A DNA stretch of 64,000 nucleotides from a virus: positions 32,001 through 96,000 of IMG/VR virus record IMGVR_UViG_3300046464_000709; one strand, 5' to 3'. Position 1 is the first letter of the stretch. Each line of letters starts with the position of its first letter. Positions 45,191 to 55,684 of this stretch are shown one piece after another. The notes below the pieces were generated by a model. The model saw only the letters and a program-made list of their open reading frames with translations. It was not told the origin of the DNA and made no database searches. The position numbers and the translations under genes are program-made.

Positions 45191-45373
45191 TTATTTTTTT
45201 CTCCATCTTGTTTGTTTTAATGAAAGTTTTATTTGTTTGAAATTCAAGTAAACATGATTTAATGTATTTAAATAATTTATGTTTTTATTTAAGTAAGCAA
45301 TCATGTTCTTTTCTGTATGAAAGTTTATTTGTTTGTCTTCTTCGTTATCCTTGTATGAAATGTTGTACTTCAA
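45191..45373 (-). CDS. hypothetical protein
   Basis: 60 aa, coupled. Confidence 0.55.
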   Translation of the reverse strand: MKYNISYKDNEEDKQINFHTEKNMIAYLNKNINYLNTLNHVYLNFKQIKLSLKQTRWRKK

Positions 45374-45672
45374 AATGGAATCTCGTCTCTTGGGTCTTGT
45401 TTGAAACTTCTAATATCTTTCTTTTTGTTCATCTTCTCTGCAAATGTTCTTGTGTTATGTTTAATGTAACGCTTGTTGCCGTGCTTGTCAAGTTTATTAT
45501 AAGCTACTGCAAAGCCTAATTGCTTTAGGGACTCAAGGTCAACATCATCAATAGTTTGATTACGAACCATATTATTAATCGCTTCCTTGTGGATAGAAGT
45601 TACTATATAAATCGGACGATCATAGTCATCCATCTCTCCATCTTTTTTTTCAACTAAAATTTCGTCTTTCAT
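45370..45672 (-). CDS. hypothetical protein ending DEIPF
   Basis: 100 aa; SSB-like C-terminal tip. Confidence 0.65.
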   Translation of the reverse strand: MKDEILVEKKDGEMDDYDRPIYIVTSIHKEAINNMVRNQTIDDVDLESLKQLGFAVAYNKLDKHGNKRYIKHNTRTFAEKMNKKKDIRSFKQDPRDEIPF

Positions 45673-45929
45673 TTCGATCCACCATTTATATTTTCTAAGT
45701 AATTTTCTTGAGCTTGCTTTCTTTTGGCTTCATTAATTTCTTCTTGCAATAAAGTATTGACTTTGTCCATATCCTCGATGTAAACTTCGGGATAATACTT
45801 TTCAATTACATTCGCAATCTCTTCTGTGCAATCATAAAATGTTTTCATTGTTTTGTCGTGATCTTCTGTTTTCATTGGCAATTTTGAGCTTTGTCTAATA
45901 CAACCTTCTATTATTGAGTAATCGCACAT
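45669..45929 (-). CDS. hypothetical protein
   Basis: 86 aa, coupled. Confidence 0.6.
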   Translation of the reverse strand: MCDYSIIEGCIRQSSKLPMKTEDHDKTMKTFYDCTEEIANVIEKYYPEVYIEDMDKVNTLLQEEINEAKRKQAQENYLENINGGSK

Positions 45930-46486
45930 TTTTCTTTATTCATTAATTTTTTAATTACAGATTTAGTTTGACTCCAATGTTCATCTGTATCCTCTATTAT
46001 TCTTGATATGCTATAATTATACCATACATCACATATCTTGTCAATGTTTTTATCGTCAGCTTTTACTTTAAAATGATTCCAATTTTTTTCTCCATCAATT
46101 ATTTCTTGCTCAATCCATTCCGCAGTTAAGCCGAAAGGAAAATACATTAAATTATTATCTAACGCAAATTTTTGTGCAACTGAAACAAAACTTCCCTCTG
46201 TTTTATGACATTCATAATAGTTTGAATCTTCACCCCAAGACTCGTAAACGCTAATGTAGAATTGAAAACTACCTTTTACTGCAACATCTTCTTGTCGCCA
46301 TTTTTGCAACTCTTCGTCTCCATGCTCAATCAATTCAACACTATATTCTTCGCCATACCATTTCATGTGAGACATGATCTTTTTGCTAGAATAAACCAAT
46401 GCTTTGAACTCTTGTAAGAGTTCTTGGTTCGATTTAGTCGTTGTTATTGTTCTTCTAAAAGTTACCGATAATCCTTCACCACTCAT
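45911..46486 (-). CDS. hypothetical protein
   Basis: 191 aa. Confidence 0.7.
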   Translation of the reverse strand: MSGEGLSVTFRRTITTTKSNQELLQEFKALVYSSKKIMSHMKWYGEEYSVELIEHGDEELQKWRQEDVAVKGSFQFYISVYESWGEDSNYYECHKTEGSFVSVAQKFALDNNLMYFPFGLTAEWIEQEIIDGEKNWNHFKVKADDKNIDKICDVWYNYSISRIIEDTDEHWSQTKSVIKKLMNKEKCAITQ

Positions 46487-46489
46487 CTT

Positions 46490-46717
46490 TTATTCTCCTC
46501 TGATATACTTTCCAAACTCATCATTATCCATGCTAGATGTTCCACCAAGAGGTTCGCAAAATGAAACTTCTGCATTTTGCTTCCACGCTTTACTAATCTC
46601 CCAATCTCCATCCATTTCCGATAAAGCCAATTCTTGAGCCTTTTCCGCTGATTCAGCTTCAACTTGGAATGTGCGATATGTTGTGCTTGCAATTTCTACT
46701 TCAAATGTTTTGTTCAT
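46490..46717 (-). CDS. hypothetical protein (V.AES.E.A motif)
   Basis: Leaderless ATG 46717 after TTGACA-17-TATTCT. Confidence 0.7.
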   Translation of the reverse strand: MNKTFEVEIASTTYRTFQVEAESAEKAQELALSEMDGDWEISKAWKQNAEVSFCEPLGGTSSMDNDEFGKYIRGE

Positions 46718-46830
46718 AATTAAAGAATAAAGCAAATCCTAGTTCTTGTCAAGCATTTTATTTTCTAATATAAAAATCAATTATAAATGCCAATGCAAGG
46801 CAACAAATAAAAATAGTAGGTAAGATAAAA

Positions 46831-47094
46831 TCATTCATTTGAATACTTTCTGAGTTCTTTATTTTTTAAATTTAATTCTCTTTCTATTTCTTTGGCAACA
46901 TTTTCGCCAACAGATATTTCGTGATCTCTCGATAAGGAATCTAATAATTGCACTAAATTTTTTCCTATTTTAATTCTCTCTTCATCACCAACTAAAAATA
47001 AATTCTCAGCATTCACAAGCATAAGATCATCTATTTTGACGATGATATGATTGATTGCATCTGTGCTTCCTCGTATTCCTAATTTTATTTTCAT
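46831..47094 (-). CDS. hypothetical protein
   Basis: 87 aa. Confidence 0.6.
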   Translation of the reverse strand: MKIKLGIRGSTDAINHIIVKIDDLMLVNAENLFLVGDEERIKIGKNLVQLLDSLSRDHEISVGENVAKEIERELNLKNKELRKYSNE

Positions 47095-47383
47095 ATTTTA
47101 AATATTTGCACGGAGAGTATCCGTGACTAACTCCAATATAGTAGTAATCGAATTACTTGCTAGTCTTTTTCTGCTGATCGGACATGGTAGCTCTTGCTCA
47201 TTCAATAAGATCAAGTTACTAGCAAACTATCACGAATTACTGAAATCACTCACATTAAGAGGTGAACCTATTTTTAATCTCCAAAAGAATTTGTTACGAT
47301 TAAGGCAAACAATAAAACCAATACACAAGCAGTGATTACATTGATTGCATAAAAAACATCGGGTAAATTATAAATTAAATTGT

Positions 47384-47665
47384 TCATAAAGAATTTCCAT
47401 GTTCGTCATCGCAAGCAATTCTTCCACCACTAGATTCCCACAATGCTTGTGCGTGAGACATTTCGTTCAAGTGCTGATTAGAACCTTTATCGTGACATTC
47501 ATATTCTTCTTCATGTTCATTTAATGCTTTTTCAATAACACTAGCAAGAACCATGCTTTCGCCATATTCTAGCATACTATATCCTTCGCCAACAAAAATA
47601 GAACGATTTTCACATTCAACATAAATTTCTGCTCCACCTTTTCGAGTTTCTGTTTTCCACTTCAT
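47384..47665 (-). CDS. hypothetical protein
   Basis: 93 aa. Confidence 0.65.
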   Translation of the reverse strand: MKWKTETRKGGAEIYVECENRSIFVGEGYSMLEYGESMVLASVIEKALNEHEEEYECHDKGSNQHLNEMSHAQALWESSGGRIACDDEHGNSL

Positions 47666-47726
47666 TTTTTAATTTCTTTAAGTTTGTGTTGTTTTGCGAA
47701 TTCAATATCTGATCGAACAAAAATTC

Positions 47727-48320
47727 TCATGCAACTAACTCTATACCTTGCTGATGAGGAACTAAGACTTCAAAAAGAAATCTACGAACTGATTCGGTTA
47801 TATCTAATAACTCGGAAAATTCGTTGTAACTAAGTGAATTGCTATCTCCTTGTCCACCATAACAAATTCGATAACCTTCTTCAAGAGGGCAAATGTTCTG
47901 ACCTCTTTTCTTGGTATAGTGTCCATTCTGACCTTGACTCCATGTCCATTCGCAATGAAATGAATTTATGTAAATCAATATATTAACTCGCCCAAGATTA
48001 TTGCCAACGCTATCTTTTCTGTGAGTGCAATCGACAAAGTCAACATTCGCACTAGGAAACTCTGATTTAACATCTTTGAGTTGTACATGAACTGCACGAT
48101 AATTTTCATTTGTATGATACGAACCCCATGAACTCGTATGCAATTTACCATTCGTCTTTTTGCACATTTGTGCATCACGATCACTCTTGCTTTTATAACT
48201 CAACACATTTTCTTGTGGCATTAACTTTTTAATAACATTATTACTTTTAAATATAATGTCTTCGGGACTCCATGTGTTCCAATTTACTTTCGCATTTTTA
48301 AAATAATTCATTTTTTTCAA
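47727..48320 (-). CDS. hypothetical protein
   Basis: 197 aa. Confidence 0.7.
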   Translation of the reverse strand: MKKMNYFKNAKVNWNTWSPEDIIFKSNNVIKKLMPQENVLSYKSKSDRDAQMCKKTNGKLHTSSWGSYHTNENYRAVHVQLKDVKSEFPSANVDFVDCTHRKDSVGNNLGRVNILIYINSFHCEWTWSQGQNGHYTKKRGQNICPLEEGYRICYGGQGDSNSLSYNEFSELLDITESVRRFLFEVLVPHQQGIELVA

Positions 48321-48370
48321 TTTGGTTTTATTGTTTATTCTTTGTATACTAGACTATAAATTATAATGTG

Positions 48371-48688
48371 TCAATCTTTTTTTTGTTCTATTCTTGTTAA
48401 GTTATATTCTTCTTCTGTGATGTAGCTATAACTTGATAAAAAATCGTCTTTACTTAACTTCTCGAAATCTTTCATCTTCTCTTCGTCATCACAAAAATCA
48501 GTATGACTTATTTCGGGATTCCACTCTTCTTCCCAAAGTTGAATGTCTTGACCTTCCCAATTAAGAAATTTACGCAAAATCTTTAAGGCTTTCATTACTT
48601 CTCGACTATTCTCATTCTCTGAATAATCTCCAAGAGCAGATGACTCTGCTTCATTCAAGACTAATTCTATCGCCCTAGATAATCTCAT
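48371..48688 (-). CDS. hypothetical acidic protein
   Basis: 105 aa, coupled. Confidence 0.65.
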   Translation of the reverse strand: MRLSRAIELVLNEAESSALGDYSENENSREVMKALKILRKFLNWEGQDIQLWEEEWNPEISHTDFCDDEEKMKDFEKLSKDDFLSSYSYITEEEYNLTRIEQKKD

Positions 48689-48906
48689 TCTTCTTCTGAT
48701 TCTTCAATCGTTCCAATGACCAATAATTTTATGCAATTTCCTTCTCCCGATAATCCGAAATGAGAAATCGTTTCATTAAAAATAACCCCATCTTCGGGGT
48801 TTACAGAAATCCAAGAACAATTTTGTTTTCTGCCTTCTGCTTCAATTTCTACGATGTCCCAACCAAACTCAATTAATTCATTCTTCTGTGCTTTTGTTAA
48901 TTTCAT
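48685..48906 (-). CDS. hypothetical protein
   Basis: 73 aa. Confidence 0.6.
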   Translation of the reverse strand: MKLTKAQKNELIEFGWDIVEIEAEGRKQNCSWISVNPEDGVIFNETISHFGLSGEGNCIKLLVIGTIEESEEE

Positions 48907-48918
48907 GTTAAAATTTGT

Positions 48919-49143
48919 TTAATAATGTTCTTTCCATACTTCATCAAATCCAACTAATGCTTCGGTATCTCCACCGATATAATCTCCATCGAATCCATTT
49001 TTGTTTTCAACTATCAATGCTCCTCTTGATTGAATCTGTTTTACTTTTCCACATTGTTCAATGTCGCATTTAAATCCAACCCAATCGCCAACATTGACTT
49101 CAAACTCTTCGTCCCATTTGTTCTTAATTTTCATAAATCCCAT
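48919..49143 (-). CDS. small SH3-like phage protein
   Basis: VGDWVGFKCDIEQCGKV. Confidence 0.65.
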   Translation of the reverse strand: MGFMKIKNKWDEEFEVNVGDWVGFKCDIEQCGKVKQIQSRGALIVENKNGFDGDYIGGDTEALVGFDEVWKEHY

Positions 49144-49322
49144 TCTCCATTTTTTACATTGTCAATATCTTGCATTGCTTTGTCGTAAGCAGTTTCATTG
49201 CTATGATCTTCAGCCTCGTCATCATACAATTCAACTATGTCTTTTGCATAATTAACATTAAATGATTCTTGTTTAACCAATCTTTGCAACTCTTCTATTA
49301 GTGCTTGTCTGTATGTTTGCAT
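49131..49322 (-). CDS. hypothetical protein
   Basis: Leaderless promoter TTGACA-17-CATACT. Confidence 0.65.
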   Translation of the reverse strand: MQTYRQALIEELQRLVKQESFNVNYAKDIVELYDDEAEDHSNETAYDKAMQDIDNVKNGEWDL

Positions 49323-49344
49323 GAGTATAAGTATGTACTAAATT

Positions 49345-49548
49345 TTAATCTTTGTCAACCCCAAAAAGTTGATCCCATTCTTCTTTAATTTCAAGATCAG
49401 AAATGTTATCTAGTCCCTCGTATCCATCAATAAGCAAACTAATAATGTCAGAGACATTCATGTTCATTGCTTCTGCTTCTGCGAGGTCATAACGCATATC
49501 GTCCACGCTTGGTTCTTTATCTCTCATTTGTCGTTCAGTTGTTCTCAT
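49345..49548 (-). CDS. small acidic protein
   Basis: 67 aa. Confidence 0.6.
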   Translation of the reverse strand: MRTTERQMRDKEPSVDDMRYDLAEAEAMNMNVSDIISLLIDGYEGLDNISDLEIKEEWDQLFGVDKD

Positions 49549-49771
49549 CGCTAATTTTATCTAATTTTTCGTATAGTTCGTCAATTTGTTTTTCTAGGCT
49601 AGAAATATATTTTATCTCATCGGGTTCTCTTGAATACATAAACTCAAGTTCCATTTCTAAATCTTTGATATGCTTGTGCGTATCTTTAATTGTATCAATT
49701 TCTTCTTGCACTTTTCTTAGGATTTTGTGATTCATATTCTTTGATAAATTGTTCATAAGTTGGATGGTCAT
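49535..49771 (-). CDS. coiled-coil hypothetical protein
   Basis: ORF in operon; start uncertain. Confidence 0.55.
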   Translation of the reverse strand: MTIQLMNNLSKNMNHKILRKVQEEIDTIKDTHKHIKDLEMELEFMYSREPDEIKYISSLEKQIDELYEKLDKISDENN

Positions 49772-49950
49772 CGCCTATGATGGGAGGAAACCTACCATAG
49801 TTTCCCATTCCGTCATAATCCATATCGTTATATTCCATATCGTCACCGATTCGTTCAATAAGGGATTCGTTTTTACTGATAGATTCAGCAATTAGTTCAT
49901 CCATTTGCTTTTTATTGAGCTTTGGGGTAGACTTAAAGACACTAAAAATT

Positions 49951-50241
49951 TTAGAAAATAAATTCATCATACATAAAAATAGGTTTGTTTTTGTCTTCCA
50001 TTCCATTAAATGTTCCAAGAGTATTAAACTCAAACCATTCAAGTGCTTCTTGCTCATCCATGCCATCTTCATCCATCAATGCACGAATAATCTTGGTTAC
50101 TGAATATACAATTCTGCAATCAGTATCGCTTCCGATAATCGCACGATTAAAGGTTGATCTAGGCTCAAGTACGACTGCCTCTTCGTTAATATCTGACAAC
50201 TCTTCTAGGATTTGATCTCCTTCTGTAATTTCGTTTTGCAT
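49951..50241 (-). CDS. hypothetical phage protein
   Basis: AIIG..VYS..II..L..DGM..EA.EWFEFN..G motif. Confidence 0.75.
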   Translation of the reverse strand: MQNEITEGDQILEELSDINEEAVVLEPRSTFNRAIIGSDTDCRIVYSVTKIIRALMDEDGMDEQEALEWFEFNTLGTFNGMEDKNKPIFMYDEFIF

Positions 50242-50253
50242 GATAATATCTTA

Positions 50254-50460
50254 TTAAACTTCTGCGAGATTGTCAACAACTAAATTCATGGAATCTGATA
50301 AAGTTGAGTCTTCCTCAATTTCTTTGATTGAAATAGAAATTCGATCATCAAACTCCTCAAGCTCTGTTGGTAAAAAATTAAACTTGATATGCTCTCCATC
50401 TTTAATGGACGAAATTTCTTGTGAAGTTAAGCCCAATGTTATGTTATATTCTTTTTTCAT
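50254..50460 (-). CDS. hypothetical protein
   Basis: 68 aa. Confidence 0.6.
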   Translation of the reverse strand: MKKEYNITLGLTSQEISSIKDGEHIKFNFLPTELEEFDDRISISIKEIEEDSTLSDSMNLVVDNLAEV

Positions 50461-50625
50461 TTTTATGATTTAATTTTATTTAAAAAATTCTTCATTAATT
50501 TTACATGATGGTGCATTGCATCCAATTCATACTGATCGTATTGATCTGTAATGTGACCAATAAGTAAATAATGTTCTGTGCAATCAATGAGGTCTTGCAA
50601 AGCGTAAAATTCTTCGTTGTTCATG

Positions 50626-51381
50626 TTAAACCTCTAAGCAGTAACTCCAATAGCGAGAATTTCTTCTGCCTTGAACCTTGTTCCAATACATTTCTCTTGC
50701 AACATTTGGGGAAATGCCATACTTGTTGCAACGAGCAAGCCACTCGTTTTCCATCTCCTCATAAACCTTGAGGCTACTTGCATGACCTTTCTTCAGATCG
50801 TGACCCATGAAACGCAATAAGTGAACATCCAAGCAACAAAGTTGTGCTTCTGTTGGATAACTTAATGCGAGAGCATAAGTTGTCTTTGCGTTACCTAGCC
50901 CATAAATTGTTCCAATTAAACGATTGCGACATTCTTGCCATGTCTCATCATCTTGTTTTTTGAACTGATCGGGGTTTTCACGAAACTTAGTTACCAAGTC
51001 CCACAATCCACGCTCTCTACGCTCGTACAAGCCAACCTTAGCCTTTACAATCATTTGCTTGAGCTTGTCCTTGGATAAAGTCCAAGAAAGGTCGCTCATG
51101 GCAATCTCGTAGCCTCGCACATTGCTTTCCCAAGTTGTGTGAACGCTCATAATGGCGAAGACCCAACGAGCAAACATTTCTGCATCATCTTGAGGAATGA
51201 GATTTGTCCAATACTCTTGTTCGGAATGAACTGCACCGAATTTAAGATTGGCGAAGAAACGATCCACATTTTTACGAGGATCAACTTTTGGTTGAGTCTG
51301 CTCGATACGCTCTTTAATTGGAGCGATTGAGTTCTCTAATAATAAAACTTGTTTGTTCAATGTATCTTTTGCAATGTTCAT
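50626..51381 (-). CDS. HhH-GPD superfamily DNA glycosylase-like protein 2
   Basis: FAIMSVHTTW, IYGLGNAKTTYAL, CLDVHLLRF; leaderless ATG 51381. Confidence 0.7.
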   Translation of the reverse strand: MNIAKDTLNKQVLLLENSIAPIKERIEQTQPKVDPRKNVDRFFANLKFGAVHSEQEYWTNLIPQDDAEMFARWVFAIMSVHTTWESNVRGYEIAMSDLSWTLSKDKLKQMIVKAKVGLYERRERGLWDLVTKFRENPDQFKKQDDETWQECRNRLIGTIYGLGNAKTTYALALSYPTEAQLCCLDVHLLRFMGHDLKKGHASSLKVYEEMENEWLARCNKYGISPNVAREMYWNKVQGRRNSRYWSYCLEV

Positions 51382-51468
51382 GGTTATAAGTATGACATAA
51401 TCCAAAGAAATGTCAAGAGTTTTTTTGTGTTTTAGTTTTTTTGTTTTAAGTATGTGGTATTCAGTAAT

Positions 51469-51876
51469 TTAAACTTCGCAAAAATCAAATATGATAGGAG
51501 AATCGTCTATCGCTCCACAATTTTGAGGATTAATATCAAGTCTCTCGCAAATGTTTATACCTAATTCTTCTAAAATTTGTTTGTAATTAAGTTCTGAGTT
51601 TTCTGTATTTGCTTTTTGTTGTATCACAATTCTTTCGTCAATATAATATGGTTTAATATAATAGTTTTTTATTTCGCTTGGAACACTTGCAAATTCATCG
51701 TTGAGGGAGTTGGCTATTTTAATAACATAACCTAACTTTTTTTTAGAGTAAACTGACTTGTAACTTCCAAGACCAATTTCTTTAAACCCTCTAGCGATGA
51801 TTTGCTGAATGAATTTTTCTGTATTTTTTTCTAGTTCCAAGTAAAGATTAAAAATCTTCGACTTGGTTTGCCTCAT
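51469..51876 (-). CDS. minimal protein-kinase-like protein
   Basis: IGLGSYKSVY, VIKI, DINPQNCG, IIFDF. Confidence 0.6.
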   Translation of the reverse strand: MRQTKSKIFNLYLELEKNTEKFIQQIIARGFKEIGLGSYKSVYSKKKLGYVIKIANSLNDEFASVPSEIKNYYIKPYYIDERIVIQQKANTENSELNYKQILEELGINICERLDINPQNCGAIDDSPIIFDFCEV

Positions 51877-51878
51877 TG

Positions 51879-52130
51879 TTATGAGACTCCAATTAAAGCA
51901 TCATGTATTAGATGTCGAGTCTTATAGTCTAATATTCGTCCTTCTTCATCTTGGGGAAGACTGCCAAGTATGTTTTCAAAATCTTGATTCAAGACCTCAC
52001 ACATACAAGCAACCTTTCGATAGATTCCGATTTCTTTATATTTAAGTATCGCCCACATCGAGTCTACTTGAGCCTCGTTCGCTTGAGAAATTTTTTCAAG
52101 CAACTCTATTTGTTCTGTTTCTGTATTCAT
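51879..52130 (-). CDS. hypothetical protein
   Basis: 83 aa. Confidence 0.65.
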   Translation of the reverse strand: MNTETEQIELLEKISQANEAQVDSMWAILKYKEIGIYRKVACMCEVLNQDFENILGSLPQDEEGRILDYKTRHLIHDALIGVS

Positions 52131-52150
52131 AATTTTATCAAATTAATTGT

Positions 52151-53287
52151 TTAATTAAACTCAACTCTCCACATAGATCGAGGTAAATCTTCATCTTCAA
52201 AAATGTCATATCCAAGATCAATTACTATATCTTGTATTTCGCCACAAGTCAACTCTGAACCTTTCATTCTGCTTTGAATTTGTTTGAGCATTGGACATTC
52301 TCCATCTTCATGCTTGTTTTCAATGTAATTTCTGATTGAAAGATAATCGTTGGGCATATCTTCTAATGGCTCATTGTAATCATCATCATCATAGTTTTCG
52401 GGAAGATAAACTTTTGGTTCTCCATGTTCGTCAAGATCATAATTATCATCATCAGAGAAATCGCAATCACAATCTTCACAAGAATCTGATCCATAGATAG
52501 GCTTATTAGCCTCGTAGATGGGCTTATCAATCTCTTTGCGAGTTTCAGTAATGTCAGACACTACCTTGTACTTTGAAACCCTAAGTTTCTGAAAATTGCA
52601 ATCAGTAGGAACGCTAACTGCATCTGATGGATCAAATTCAACGACAAGTAATTTGCCGTCTGATCCCGCCCAATCGTTAGCGTAATCGTAACTACCCACA
52701 TGAAGACCAAAAGAACAATGATGATCCTTGTTATCGTCTACACATCTCCGAGCAACTTCAATCGTTGCACCAACTTCGTTGAGAATTTGATGTCTACCAT
52801 TAGTCTCGCCTTGTAATACGATTGTATCTGCATTACCTGTTTGTGACCAATAATCTCCCGAAACTCCCTTATACCCCAACACTTTTCCTTCGGGAGTATT
52901 TGGTAGGGATTTATAACTCAAGAAAGAATACAATTCATTTACAGAATTTGCACTTGGATTGGATTGCAAACGAGTGATAAAGTTTACAAGAGGAGCAGAA
53001 TCTTTCATTCCACTACGAAGCATTTCTAGCAACTTGTCAACGACAACTCCATGCAAACGATTGTTCTTGTAATAAACAACTTCGTCACGCACTTCAATAT
53101 CTCCTTCGATAAAGTTTTCGACTGACTTTTTGATGTCAATGAGATCGCCAAGATCATCATATCTAGCATCAAACAATGCCTTGCGTACAAGTTGGAAATT
53201 TGGATGGTCACTACGAAGAGTGTATGGCTTGCCGTCCCAAAAGATCGTTACTGAATTTTCGCTTAATGTATATGGTACTTTTTTCAT
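52151..53287 (-). CDS. rIIB: rIIB-like protein
   Basis: L..NPS..VNELY.FL..T..G..LGYKGV..G..V.R..VDD...HCSFGLHVGS.DYA..DAVSVP.D..KLRV.KY; downstream of rIIA. Confidence 0.85.
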   Translation of the reverse strand: MKKVPYTLSENSVTIFWDGKPYTLRSDHPNFQLVRKALFDARYDDLGDLIDIKKSVENFIEGDIEVRDEVVYYKNNRLHGVVVDKLLEMLRSGMKDSAPLVNFITRLQSNPSANSVNELYSFLSYKSLPNTPEGKVLGYKGVSGDYWSQTGNADTIVLQGETNGRHQILNEVGATIEVARRCVDDNKDHHCSFGLHVGSYDYANDWAGSDGKLLVVEFDPSDAVSVPTDCNFQKLRVSKYKVVSDITETRKEIDKPIYEANKPIYGSDSCEDCDCDFSDDDNYDLDEHGEPKVYLPENYDDDDYNEPLEDMPNDYLSIRNYIENKHEDGECPMLKQIQSRMKGSELTCGEIQDIVIDLGYDIFEDEDLPRSMWRVEFN

Positions 53288-53323
53288 TATTCTAATATAA
53301 TATATTTTTGTTTGTTTGTCAAG

Positions 53324-55612
53324 TTAATTTTTATCACAGAGTAAAATATAATCTATAATATCTTTAAAAAGTTTTTCATCTGCTCTGTATGAATTTACAC
53401 TATTTGATACATAATCGAGGAAGGAATACTTTTCTCTGATTGTATCTATATCTTTTGCGAATTGCTTCGCAGAGAATCCATTGTCAAGATTGAATTTGAG
53501 CCAATCTTTATCGAACTTAGAAATGAATGCGATTGCAGAAGAACATTGAGGGCAAGCACCTTCATTGATAACGATCTGAAAGTTGCCTTTGATTTTTCGT
53601 ATCAAATTATCTTTTGGTAACTTGTTGAATTTAATTCTAGTTGAATTCATAATGTATGCAAGATTGTATCTGCAATCAGCAATAGATTTCTGAATGTCCG
53701 TATCATCGTGATGAAGAGAGTCTACGCTAAACTTAATGTACGATTTTTTTGCTTCAGTTAAGTTTGAGAGTAAATAATCTTTAGAGTTTTGAAGAAGAAA
53801 ATCTTCAAAAGAAATCCAAGAATCTGAATCTAATTTAGATACATCTCCACTACGAATTCCGAATAAGCGGAACTTTTTCGCATCTGATTTTTCATCTGAT
53901 CTTCTACGCACTCTACCGCATAAATCATATACCTTGCTGAGATTATAGTCATCGCTATCAATCTTGTAATTCTTGATTTTTACATATACAAGTTTACCAT
54001 CAATAGCACCATCAGTATCATCTTGGATTTTGTCAATATCTTCTTTGACATTTTTCCAATAATCTATATTGCGGTAGCTAGGTCTATCTTGAACCATTTC
54101 AAATAATGGAATGTTTGCACGACTACCATTAGATTTGCGTACTCCATTGTATTGAATTTTTTCTTTAACTACATTGGATGTAAAGCGAATATGTTTTTTG
54201 TCTACAAGATCGAAATTCCATTCATCTTTGATGTAATCCTTTGCAGATTTAGTCAATGGATTAATGAAAAATATATTATTCAACTTTTCGTTTTCATTAA
54301 ATATGGTTCTTGCACGAAGATTGTTGCCGTGTGAAGATTCTATATCTTGCATAAGAAAAATTGTCTCATCATCACAATGTATTCGAGTAACTTTATTCGA
54401 GCGAACTTTAAATCCATTTCTTGCAGAAGAGTCGTTATCCCTAGTTGTTTGAGTAAGAATTAAATCATCATACATTTTATGATCTCGATGAAATGTTGCC
54501 GATTGAATCTTGATACCATTCCACTCGAAAGCGTTTTCAAAAATTTGCCTCATGTTATATGGCATAGAATTAACTATTCTTGCATAGTTACTTTTTGCCT
54601 CAAAAAGATCATTTGAATCTGCGAGTTTTTCTTTAGCTATTTCTTGCACTTCATCGCAAGCCTTCAACATTGCACCAATAATCTTTTGTTGGGTAGCTTT
54701 GTTGTATTCCAATGACTCTCTGCTATGATGCAATTTGACTGCACCTAATGGTAGTCGCAAATAAAAATTTGTTTGACCAAGTAGGTTGTAGATAATATCT
54801 TTCTTTCTTGAACTCTCTACAAAATTATCAACTTGAACAGAGTTTTTATCTAGTGGATAGGCAACTCTTCCCATGATAATGTGAGCATTATAACTTCTTT
54901 GACTATAATAAGAATCATTGCGTTCATCTTCCAAGAAAAACCAAGAACCATTCTTCGATTCAATAACCTTACTTCTATTTCTAATAAAAGTTCCATCGTC
55001 ACCAATAAACTTTGGCATTTCTTTATCAGAAAAGAACTCAAAAAAGTTTTTAATTATCTTGCGAAAATCATCTACATCTGATTCTGCAACTGCAACCTCA
55101 ATACAAAGACCACTTGGCTCATTGCTTGGTTCGGGTTCTTGTAACTCTACAATTTTTGTGTCATCATCGTCATTAACAAAGACATTGTATGAACTCTTGA
55201 GTCCACCATTATAGGAAACGCAAGTAAAGTTGTCTCCATAAGAAAGAGGAGCAAATTTACCAATGCCAAATGCACCAATATAATTGTTCGATTGTCTCTT
55301 GGTACTCTTGCCATACTTAGAATATAAGCCGAATACATCTTCTTTGCTTAGTCCACCGCCAAAGTCACGAACTCTGAAAGTAGGACTTAGCTTGCTAGGG
55401 ATTGAGATTTCAATCGGTCGAGTTTCGTTTGCTTCGACATTCGCATCTAGTGCGTTGGCACTAATCTCACGAACGACTGCAAGTCGAGTGTTAGAGTAAT
55501 TGTTTCGCAAGAGCGAAGCAACATAACGCATATCTTCCGCATCAATCGTGCAATTTACTGATTCAAAATCGTGCGATTGCACAATGGTTTTTTTATCTTT
55601 TTCAATTATCAT
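53324..55612 (-). CDS. rIIA: rIIA-like protein (GHKL ATPase N-domain)
   Basis: YSN..AVVREISANALDA, VRDFGGGLS, YGKSTK..N..IGAFGIGKFAP. Confidence 0.88.
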   Translation of the reverse strand: MIIEKDKKTIVQSHDFESVNCTIDAEDMRYVASLLRNNYSNTRLAVVREISANALDANVEANETRPIEISIPSKLSPTFRVRDFGGGLSKEDVFGLYSKYGKSTKRQSNNYIGAFGIGKFAPLSYGDNFTCVSYNGGLKSSYNVFVNDDDDTKIVELQEPEPSNEPSGLCIEVAVAESDVDDFRKIIKNFFEFFSDKEMPKFIGDDGTFIRNRSKVIESKNGSWFFLEDERNDSYYSQRSYNAHIIMGRVAYPLDKNSVQVDNFVESSRKKDIIYNLLGQTNFYLRLPLGAVKLHHSRESLEYNKATQQKIIGAMLKACDEVQEIAKEKLADSNDLFEAKSNYARIVNSMPYNMRQIFENAFEWNGIKIQSATFHRDHKMYDDLILTQTTRDNDSSARNGFKVRSNKVTRIHCDDETIFLMQDIESSHGNNLRARTIFNENEKLNNIFFINPLTKSAKDYIKDEWNFDLVDKKHIRFTSNVVKEKIQYNGVRKSNGSRANIPLFEMVQDRPSYRNIDYWKNVKEDIDKIQDDTDGAIDGKLVYVKIKNYKIDSDDYNLSKVYDLCGRVRRRSDEKSDAKKFRLFGIRSGDVSKLDSDSWISFEDFLLQNSKDYLLSNLTEAKKSYIKFSVDSLHHDDTDIQKSIADCRYNLAYIMNSTRIKFNKLPKDNLIRKIKGNFQIVINEGACPQCSSAIAFISKFDKDWLKFNLDNGFSAKQFAKDIDTIREKYSFLDYVSNSVNSYRADEKLFKDIIDYILLCDKN

Positions 55613-55684
55613 TTTTATTCAATTAGTTTTGTTTTAAGTAAGACTCTATTATAATATAGGTTTTAAAGTTTGTCAAGAAAAAAG

